Shown: positions 56,203-64,000 of the stretch, piece after piece
Numbering within the stretch: the first letter of the stretch is position 1
Layout: each line of letters starts with the position of its first letter
Assembly (NCBI GenBank): GCA_905235705.1
Contig: CAJOML010000001.1
Coordinates: 12,118 to 76,117, forward strand
Length of the DNA stretch: 64,000 nucleotides
Reading direction: 5' to 3'
Source of the DNA: an uncultured Bacilli bacterium
GTDB lineage: Bacteria > Bacillota_I > Bacilli_A > RFN20 > CAG-826
Notes under the pieces: model-generated
What the model saw: only the letters and a program-made list of their open reading frames with translations
Told to the model about the DNA's origin: nothing
Databases searched by the model: none
Made by a program: the position numbers and the translations under genes

Positions 56203-59200
56203 ATGATACTCGCGAGCGGATTTGACATCAGTGGCCTCATTGATAATTTGGATTTGATTTGGTCAATCGTCTTCTGGTCTATTCTTGGCCTTTTGCTTAT
56301 TTCGTTTTTCATTGGCTTACTTCGTGGCTGGAAAAGCGGGACATATCGCCTGATTTTCCTTTCCGTCTTGGCCGTAACGTTGCTTGCTTTTCTTGGCGTT
56401 TTTGCCGATGTTATCGGCAAAATAGATTTACGTTCCTTTACACAGAATCCGATTAGCTTCACTTTGAATGAGGTAGAGATCAGCGCCAACCCAGGACCTG
56501 TTTTCGAAACGGTTCGGGAACTGACCTATAAGGTCCTCAAAGACGCCTTGAAAATCAAGGGCTCGGTTGAGACGCTTCAAAACTATGCCGTCGCATTGAC
56601 CGCTTCAATGATTCGCCTTGCTCTTATCGCCATAATCGGCATAACGGTTGCTACCGTCGGCTCGTTGCTTTGCTGGATATTGTGGCACATTGCCTTTAAA
56701 TTCATCATCCCCAAGCCCAAACGTAAGCCGAAATTACGTTGGGTTTCAGGCATTGAGGAAGTGGTTGTCACAGCCTTATGTGGCGTTTTGATGCTCACCC
56801 CATTCTCGGCCATTAGCAACTCCACTATTTCTAACATCAATCCCAATTCGATTTCCAGCACAGACGAAACGGTCGTGATGTTTAAAAAAGTGGCCTCAAC
56901 TTACAACGAATCAATTTTAAATAAAGCTTTCTTTGCTTGGACAAAAGGGGATGGCAGCAGGACCCTTGATGCCCAGTTTGTCGAATTCCTTTGCCAAGTT
57001 GACACTGAAACGATGTCGGCAAACATCATCTCCGATTTGGCCAATATCAGCTATGCGGCAGGAAAGATCTTGGATGCGGCTTCGGGGGGAGAAAACGCCA
57101 ATGGCGAGCTTTCGGGCTTTGCCTTTGCCCCGATTAATTATGCCGGTCACCTGTTGGTAGAGACCCTTACTTTCGCTGGCAATGACGGCATTGGACTAGT
57201 CAACGGGCTTGCTTCTTTTGCCTCCGACCTCGCGGTTCATTCAGACCAAGTCGTCTCTTATTTAGGCAACGATATCCAAGACCAACTTGTCACGAAAGAA
57301 AAGACCCCTGAGGCTTATCTAAAGAAAGCGGCCCGTTCTTATCGCGCTTTAGCGCAGGCCGAATTCCTTCCGACTATAGTCGATCCCTTCTTTGAAGCGG
57401 AGACGCCATATCCTTCTTATGATGACCCCTATGCCTTATTGACCTCGGATTATACCTTGGATTGCTTGCTCGAATTAAAGAAAGACCAGGAGAGCCGTTC
57501 CTTTTATGACGGCTTGATAAAAGGTTATATCTATGACCATGGTTCACATGCTTCCTTAAAGACGCTTGCGCCGCTGAAAGAAGATGGCTCTGCCGATGTA
57601 AAGGCGATGAATGACATCTCTTATCTTGATGAAGCGGTCACGGTCGTCACCTTCCTTAACCGGGCCAACCACATCGATGCCGATTTCACAAAACAGTTGA
57701 TTCGCTACGCTTCCGAAGGAGGCAGCAACCAAAGCTCTTCCACCGATCTTAGTAGCCTCCTTGCTATGGCGATGAGGGCATTAGCCAATAATAGCGAGGC
57801 TTTAGCCGATGCTTTGATTGGGCCTCGCGACGAACAAGGCGAACCAATCACCGGATATCGTGGACTTTCTAGTAAAGGCTGCTTAATGGATTCAGGCTTA
57901 ATCAATGCCGCTTTCCCCGCTCTTTTGGAATTGGCTGGCAACGTCCTTTCTAATGCCACCGACTCTACCGTCGATATCTCCGAAGTGGCGAATGCTCTTT
58001 CTGATCCAAACTGGGAGATTTTAGTTAAGAATAACAAACGCGAACTTGGGGCTACCTTAGATGTTTTGCTACGTCTAACCCAAAACCCCTATGCCGGTAG
58101 CTCTAACCAAGAAAAAGTCACCTATGGCCAGTCGATTGCCGATACCGGGAAAGCTTTCCTCCGTGATTTCAGCAAACACCCCGGCGTTGACCTTGATCCT
58201 GAAAAGCACCTTTATGATTTCGATGGCAAATTAGGCAGTAGTTTGATGTATGCCATTTCGGGCTTAGACAAATCTAAAGCCCTTGCCGCTTTGGTCCCTG
58301 CCTTTGCCGAAAACGCGATTAACAATATCGACCTATTTAAGGGCGATAATCCGCTTACTTTCGATTTCCATCCCATTGATAGTCAAGGTAATTCGATTCT
58401 TGGTATTGAACTTGCTAAGATTCTTTCAATTGTCGCTCAAGCTCCTCACGTCTTCCCAATTTTCCTTAGAAGCGGGACTTTCAGCGTCAATTCCATCTCC
58501 ACCGCGATGATGAATCACGAACAGGAATTCGTCAAAATTTTAGATGCCTTTGCCGGGTCTAAAATCGCTAACCCCGTGATCAATGGCAATAAAAACGTGA
58601 ACATGATTCGCCTATTCAATAGCCTATTTAAGGGGCTTGAAATCGAATCATCCTTAACCGAAAACGACCTTAACGACGTCGCCCTTGTCAATACCTATGA
58701 TGGGGAAGACGGCAATATCGTGTCCTATTTAAGCGGCAACATCGTAGCAGGCAAGGAAACCGAGGATTATTATCTCATCAATGCCGTCGCCGGCGTCATG
58801 AATAGCGGCGTTCTTAACGCTTTACAAACGATTACCAATACCAATGAAATCCTTGCCAATTTGGGCGAAGCCGATATGGAAGGTATCTTCTCCTCACTTG
58901 GCGGGTCGGTCATTTTACGCAAAGTCATGCCAGCTTATTTAGATGCCAAGATTTTAGATGACATGCTCAATTCCGCGGGTGACGTGAGCTTGAAGAAAAT
59001 GGGCGTTAGCTTCACTAACCTTACCACCAAACAGCAATGGGCTAGTGAAGGGGCTCGTTTCCAATCGATGATCGATCTTATCACCAAAGGTATCGATTTA
59101 TCCGATTTCGATTTATTCAAAGACGGCGTCAACCTTGTCGATTTGATGGATACATTATGCGATAGCCGCATGTTTATGCCCCTTGCCTCCTCCATCGAAA

Positions 59201-62200
59201 ACCCTGACCCGAGGTTGGTGTTTACCGATGAATCCGGAACCCAATATTATTATGTCTTCCCCTCTTATTTCTCGCAGAAGATTCTTTCCGCAGCCGGCAA
59301 AAGCAATCTTTATATCTTCCAAGATGAAAACCCCAATGGGACGACTTCGGAAGAAAAATGCTCTGCCTTTGTTTCGTCTTGTTTGGATCTTAACGAACCC
59401 GCGAAATGGAAATTAAACGATGCTGGCACGGGCGAGCTCGATTATTTGAAGACCATCTTCATCGATTTGAAGGCGCTTGGTAGTTTCGATGCCCTTAGCG
59501 AACTCGATGATCAATCCATCCCGAAGATGCGTTCTGCCTTGAAGCACATGGAGGAATCCTATTGCTTCTCAACCGTCTCCGTTGCCAATGCCTTAGGCAA
59601 GGCAATGGAAAAAGTCGGTGGGAGTGGGGATATCGATTTCTCCGCCGCCCATACCGCTTATTTCTATGACACCAATCGCGGCGAAGGTTATAACCGCGAG
59701 GCTACTGTCACCGAGAAGAAGGCTCAAATCGACCATTTGATGGGTGTCATGTCGATTCTTTATGACCCCCAATATGGATTTGCCAAAGATGGTAAAATCG
59801 ATCTTTCTAATATTAGCCTAGGCAAACTTTCCACTGAATATTTCCTCCGTCCTTTCCTCGAAAATTCATTTGAATCGGAAGTTCTCCATAGCCGTGACGA
59901 GACTTTCTTAGCGACGATTGAAGCGACCGTGTTTGAACAAATCATGGGCTCGCTTGCCGTCAATTCCTCCATCTATGGCATGGATACTTCTCGTTTCAAT
60001 TGGAAGAGCCCCCTTTCGTTAATGGAAGACACATCCCATAAGAACCTCGGGTATCAATCCACCTCCTCCATCTTTAGCATCATTAAATCGACTTCCGATG
60101 CCGAATGGCCAAGTGAAATCGACGATTTATGCGATCTTATCGATTTCCTCCAAAAGAGTGAATTTATCAATGACAAAGGCGATTTCAGCGCCTCTGCCTT
60201 AAATGATATCGGCTCTTATTTTGGCTCAGATCCCAAAATAAAAGAACAAAAGAAAGAAAACCTTAACACGATGATGAGCGGCGTCAATAATGTCGAATTA
60301 TTCCGTCGCGCCTTACCCCGTTACCTCCAAAATGCCATTAATGACGGTAAGTTCAGCGGCAGCTTAGGCAATGACCTAAAATGCACCGATTTCTATTACC
60401 ACGTGAAGCATTATGGAAGCGATATGGATTATGGCGCCTATCCGCAGAACGAAATCGATAGCCTCATCACCATCTTCTCCGAGTTAGGTAGCTCCACCGA
60501 TATCGATATGAACGACACCCGTTCTTTAGATGGCGAGGCTTTATCTAAGGCCTTAGCCGAGATGGAACATACCGGTTCATTTAATGGCAACAAGGAGAAA
60601 GCGGCGAGCATCTTCGCTTCTGGCGATCCCCATGTTGGCCATACCGCCTTTGCCAATATTCTTGCTGATGTCTTAAATGCCGATGCATTAAAGGATTATT
60701 TCTTCTATGCGAGTAGCCCCAAAGACCAACACCACGTCTCCAATAGCGATTATTCTTCCTCTTTAACCAAAGCCATTTATATGGTCGATACCTATTGCGC
60801 GAACAATTATTCGGAGCCTGCAAAAGGCAGCGAAAAGATTGCAGAACTTGGCCGTTTCATTAATTTTATCGCTTCTGAAGAGATGGCTATGTATATGGGT
60901 TCTAGCGGCACTTCCTTCGACCAAATGGATGGTGTCACTTTAGGGGATTTACTCCATGCCTTAAACGAGACCACCTTCTATCGCGATTGCGTCCCCGCCG
61001 CCTTAGATAAGAGCATCAATGCGGATGGAACTTATAACATCGATGGCATTGACCTCTCTTTAACCAATCTTTATTTCTCTTATTATTGGGTGAATGAAGA
61101 TGGCTCGATTAAGGCTGCGGCTTCGACCCGGCCCGATTATGAAGTTCCTTTCTATGATCCTGAAATCGATCAGCTTTCTTACATCATCGGAACCTTAAAA
61201 GACAACAAGGATGCCATGTCTTCCTTTGATGTCTCCTCCTTTGACCCGATGGTCTTAAGGAACTTGCTCCGCGAAATGGTCGATTCTTATTGTTTCCATG
61301 AAGCCGGCGTTAACCTTTCCAGCCCATCTTATAAGACGGCTTGGTTCAAATTTGACGATTCGTATCAATTCGTTGCTTCCGGGAATGTTGATTTACGCCG
61401 TAACGATTTAACCGTCTTTGAGCAATTCGTGCAGAAGATTTATCTTGATTCCAAGCTTTATGAGAAGAATTTCTCCTTGAGTTCAAGCGAAGCTGACCTC
61501 GCCTTATATCTAGAAGCCGCCAAAGGAACATCCGGATCCTATGGTATTGGTTTAGGAAGCGACGAAGAAAGCATCATCGCCTCCGCTTCAAAGATTAAAC
61601 TCCATGACAATATCGTCGCCTTTAACGAGCATACGCTGACCGATGTCAAAAACGCTCTTATCACAACTAGGTGGGGCGATGAAATCGATGCCCTTACTAC
61701 CGACGGGCACCCTCATACTCCGAGGATTGACCAAAGCGAGCCTGACGATTCTTTCGTTGGCTTAATCGAAATCATCCAAAAGCTTGGCATCGCTTCATCT
61801 GGAACAATCGAACTTGGCAACTCCAACTTAAATGGATATGAGCCCAATGAGCTTTATTATCTCTTTAATTCCATCAACGACCTCTCCATCGTTAACGAAG
61901 TATTGCCCAATTCTTTTGCCGGCTTCATTTCGGGTAAGGGTAGCTCTAGCGATGGGTTTGGCTTAGACAAATATAGTAAGGACGAAGTTTCCTATGGAAG
62001 TGGGGCGATTTCTTCGATCGCTTATGACGTGAACGATTATGGCTTGGCCAATACGTTATCCTTTACTTATTCGGGTGCCGATTTGAGTGATGCTTCATTA
62101 GGGTTGCTTCACGTTAATTATGGAGGCGAAGACGTCACTTCTTTGACTTCCATTAGCAAAGACGGGTCGGTTTACACTTTGAATGTTGAGAAGATTCCTG

Positions 62201-63612
62201 GCTCGTTCACCGTTTCTGCCGAAAGCGGTGAGACTTTTGATGATGTCAAGGTAACTTTCGACCGTGCCGATTATCGCCAAGACCAGAAGACATATGAACT
62301 GTTCGGTATCCGTTCCTTGTATTATTTCTTCGCCTCGACCTTCCGCGGCATGAAAGTCGGTGATTCTTACTACTATTCCTTCGATAGCGATTCCGAACTT
62401 GGCGAATTCTTGGAAGAGAATCCCACCAATACACCCGAAAAGACCAAGTTCAAGCATTCGACTTTCGGGTTGCTCAATTTGGTCATCGGTTCGGGTTTAT
62501 ATGAACGTGAATTCCTTAATGCCAGTGATTCTTACCGCGCCAAGGACTACTTCTTATATAATTTGCTCACGGTTAACGCCAACGTTGCCTATATCGGTGA
62601 CTTCAAATATTCCTTTGTTTCTGATTTTGGAACCTTTGGGCTACAAGATGTTTATGATTCGGCGGTTGGACTAAATCAATTGACCGAAGTCTTGAAGAAT
62701 GCCGACCCCGATATCGAAATCGCCAACGAGAAGCGCTTCTGCTTCGAGCAAGCCGCCTATTTGGATCAATTCTGTTCCGATTTGGGCTTTGCCGGTGCCT
62801 TCGCCGAAAACGTCTATTACCGTAATTATCTTGGACAGCGTCCTGATGCTTATGCTGCGACTAGCCCGACTGATTTCATGATGTTAGTCGAAGATGGAAC
62901 GATCGCCTCAGATGCTACCGGTTATAGCCATATCGTTGGCTTTACCAAGACCCATGATTCCTTCGTTGGTTCTGGGTATCAAATCCACCTTTATGGCACC
63001 AAAGAAGGTGCAGCCAACACCAATTTCGTGACTTCCAGCGACCCGATTAATGAGCCTGGCGAAATGATTAAAGGCATTGAAAGCGGCATCGTTAAGAAAT
63101 TTGCCTATGGCTATGCTAACGCGGTGAATGAGACGAACCGTAATTATAAGGTTCCGACCTTCAGCCCGACGATTTCTTCGACGACTTATTATATGGATGC
63201 TTCCCGTAGCGCTTATATCGCTCCCGTTAGCGATGCCTTGGATTACCTTGGCACTTATGAAGAGGCCTTCTCACCCGATAGTGGCTATAGCGTCCTAGGC
63301 GCGTTAAACCGCGTTTGGACATTCCTTGAAGAATCTTCCCGTAGCGGCAGCGGGCTTGATAAAGAGGCCCTTGCTGATGCCATTGCCAATTTTGCAGGTG
63401 CAAGCACCTATGCTAGCGAACTCGTCAATCGCTTCTATCTTGGCGAAGGGTATGACCGACTTTGTCGCACCAATAGCTCTTATATCCCGAACTTCTTCGA
63501 TAACAACAATGTCTACTTCGACTTTGTGGGTAACCATAACATCGCCGCTGGAACTGGCGATTTGCCCTTTAGCTATACCGGACTCGCTAATATTGTGAGG
63601 TCCCATCTTTGA
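56203..63612 (+). CDS. Giant (~2470 aa) membrane-anchored protein with CvpA-like N-terminal TMs and degenerate internal repeats
   Basis: IGLLRGWKSG CvpA-like motif and 4 TMs; recurring EID.L and P..L...I motifs; TTGCAA-N17-GATAAT ends 6 nt before ATG 56203 (ORF track start 56197). Confidence 0.85.
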   Translation: MILASGFDISGLIDNLDLIWSIVFWSILGLLLISFFIGLLRGWKSGTYRLIFLSVLAVTLLAFLGVFADVIGKIDLRSFTQNPISFTLNEVEISANPGPVFETVRELTYKVLKDALKIKGSVETLQNYAVALTASMIRLALIAIIGITVATVGSLLCWILWHIAFKFIIPKPKRKPKLRWVSGIEEVVVTALCGVLMLTPFSAISNSTISNINPNSISSTDETVVMFKKVASTYNESILNKAFFAWTKGDGSRTLDAQFVEFLCQVDTETMSANIISDLANISYAAGKILDAASGGENANGELSGFAFAPINYAGHLLVETLTFAGNDGIGLVNGLASFASDLAVHSDQVVSYLGNDIQDQLVTKEKTPEAYLKKAARSYRALAQAEFLPTIVDPFFEAETPYPSYDDPYALLTSDYTLDCLLELKKDQESRSFYDGLIKGYIYDHGSHASLKTLAPLKEDGSADVKAMNDISYLDEAVTVVTFLNRANHIDADFTKQLIRYASEGGSNQSSSTDLSSLLAMAMRALANNSEALADALIGPRDEQGEPITGYRGLSSKGCLMDSGLINAAFPALLELAGNVLSNATDSTVDISEVANALSDPNWEILVKNNKRELGATLDVLLRLTQNPYAGSSNQEKVTYGQSIADTGKAFLRDFSKHPGVDLDPEKHLYDFDGKLGSSLMYAISGLDKSKALAALVPAFAENAINNIDLFKGDNPLTFDFHPIDSQGNSILGIELAKILSIVAQAPHVFPIFLRSGTFSVNSISTAMMNHEQEFVKILDAFAGSKIANPVINGNKNVNMIRLFNSLFKGLEIESSLTENDLNDVALVNTYDGEDGNIVSYLSGNIVAGKETEDYYLINAVAGVMNSGVLNALQTITNTNEILANLGEADMEGIFSSLGGSVILRKVMPAYLDAKILDDMLNSAGDVSLKKMGVSFTNLTTKQQWASEGARFQSMIDLITKGIDLSDFDLFKDGVNLVDLMDTLCDSRMFMPLASSIENPDPRLVFTDESGTQYYYVFPSYFSQKILSAAGKSNLYIFQDENPNGTTSEEKCSAFVSSCLDLNEPAKWKLNDAGTGELDYLKTIFIDLKALGSFDALSELDDQSIPKMRSALKHMEESYCFSTVSVANALGKAMEKVGGSGDIDFSAAHTAYFYDTNRGEGYNREATVTEKKAQIDHLMGVMSILYDPQYGFAKDGKIDLSNISLGKLSTEYFLRPFLENSFESEVLHSRDETFLATIEATVFEQIMGSLAVNSSIYGMDTSRFNWKSPLSLMEDTSHKNLGYQSTSSIFSIIKSTSDAEWPSEIDDLCDLIDFLQKSEFINDKGDFSASALNDIGSYFGSDPKIKEQKKENLNTMMSGVNNVELFRRALPRYLQNAINDGKFSGSLGNDLKCTDFYYHVKHYGSDMDYGAYPQNEIDSLITIFSELGSSTDIDMNDTRSLDGEALSKALAEMEHTGSFNGNKEKAASIFASGDPHVGHTAFANILADVLNADALKDYFFYASSPKDQHHVSNSDYSSSLTKAIYMVDTYCANNYSEPAKGSEKIAELGRFINFIASEEMAMYMGSSGTSFDQMDGVTLGDLLHALNETTFYRDCVPAALDKSINADGTYNIDGIDLSLTNLYFSYYWVNEDGSIKAAASTRPDYEVPFYDPEIDQLSYIIGTLKDNKDAMSSFDVSSFDPMVLRNLLREMVDSYCFHEAGVNLSSPSYKTAWFKFDDSYQFVASGNVDLRRNDLTVFEQFVQKIYLDSKLYEKNFSLSSSEADLALYLEAAKGTSGSYGIGLGSDEESIIASASKIKLHDNIVAFNEHTLTDVKNALITTRWGDEIDALTTDGHPHTPRIDQSEPDDSFVGLIEIIQKLGIASSGTIELGNSNLNGYEPNELYYLFNSINDLSIVNEVLPNSFAGFISGKGSSSDGFGLDKYSKDEVSYGSGAISSIAYDVNDYGLANTLSFTYSGADLSDASLGLLHVNYGGEDVTSLTSISKDGSVYTLNVEKIPGSFTVSAESGETFDDVKVTFDRADYRQDQKTYELFGIRSLYYFFASTFRGMKVGDSYYYSFDSDSELGEFLEENPTNTPEKTKFKHSTFGLLNLVIGSGLYEREFLNASDSYRAKDYFLYNLLTVNANVAYIGDFKYSFVSDFGTFGLQDVYDSAVGLNQLTEVLKNADPDIEIANEKRFCFEQAAYLDQFCSDLGFAGAFAENVYYRNYLGQRPDAYAATSPTDFMMLVEDGTIASDATGYSHIVGFTKTHDSFVGSGYQIHLYGTKEGAANTNFVTSSDPINEPGEMIKGIESGIVKKFAYGYANAVNETNRNYKVPTFSPTISSTTYYMDASRSAYIAPVSDALDYLGTYEEAFSPDSGYSVLGALNRVWTFLEESSRSGSGLDKEALADAIANFAGASTYASELVNRFYLGEGYDRLCRTNSSYIPNFFDNNNVYFDFVGNHNIAAGTGDLPFSYTGLANIVRSHL

Positions 63613-63613
63613 T

Positions 63614-64000
63614 ATGGCGTTTATCCCACTTGCTAAGAGCTATGGGCAATACAAATGCCTTGGCTCGGAATTTGATTGCGAATTAGGACCCCTTTTTCGC
63701 GAAGAAGATTTCAAGGCGATTTATGATGCCTTTAAGAAGAAATTTCCTAAGGCCGATCATTATCCTTACGGTTTTGTTATCGGCTCCTATAGCAAAAGCA
63801 GCGACGATGGTGAACCTGGGTCTTCGGCCGGGAGGCCTTTAGCTTCTTTGCTTGAAGAACGTAAAATCGACGGTTATCTCATCGTGGCTCGTTATTTTGG
63901 CGGGACAAAGTTAGGCATTCCCCGTTTAAGACGGTCGATTTTAGAATCGGCTGAAGCGGCGATTAAAGAGGCTAAATTAGGGGAAGAAGCAGGAGCTTTC
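63614..64000 (+). CDS. yigZ: YigZ/IMPACT family protein, truncated by window edge
   Basis: Translation from ATG 63614 gives SSDDGEPGSSAGRPL and ARYFGGTKLG. Confidence 0.9.
   Translation, partial: MAFIPLAKSYGQYKCLGSEFDCELGPLFREEDFKAIYDAFKKKFPKADHYPYGFVIGSYSKSSDDGEPGSSAGRPLASLLEERKIDGYLIVARYFGGTKLGIPRLRRSILESAEAAIKEAKLGEEAGAF

Noticed and set aside
2931-63606. Numerous 60-180 aa ORFs antisense or out of frame within long genes
   Set aside because: Shadows of the codon bias of the real genes; no RBS or motifs

Overview
Mostly core chromosome of a Gram-positive bacterium using the standard code. The N-domain-less ClpB under a CIRCE box, the nucleobase-salvage cluster and the giant uncharacterised membrane-anchored proteins suggest a reduced-genome Bacilli or Mollicutes-adjacent gut lineage; this is inference, not a database result. 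The window opens with the 3' end of a class-M-like sirtuin and a ~2 kb AT-rich insert at the 3' end of tRNA-Leu(CAA). The insert encodes an AlbA_2(Schlafen)-HATPase-wHTH protein fused to a SWIM finger, and its internal 12-bp coding repeat (KIND)n is copied exactly just upstream of its own RBS. Next come glyA, an OhrR/gpx operon with an OhrR operator, an ABC exporter with a lipoprotein, xth, a 2xGT8 + 2xacyltransferase cluster, apeB, prs/hpt/upp/apt/mtnN, clpB, pepF, a patatin and yqgF. The right half holds two paralogous 1200-1350 aa surface proteins flanking a membrane XRE regulator, carD, an MFS, yhhN, rdgB, tRNA-Gly and tRNA-Asp, trxA, TraX, a CPBP protease, a ~2470 aa CvpA-anchored repeat protein and a partial yigZ. 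Two intergenic structured-RNA candidates and a high frequency of apparently leaderless genes are also visible. No CRISPR array, integrase or transposase was seen. All product calls rest on motif recognition by eye.
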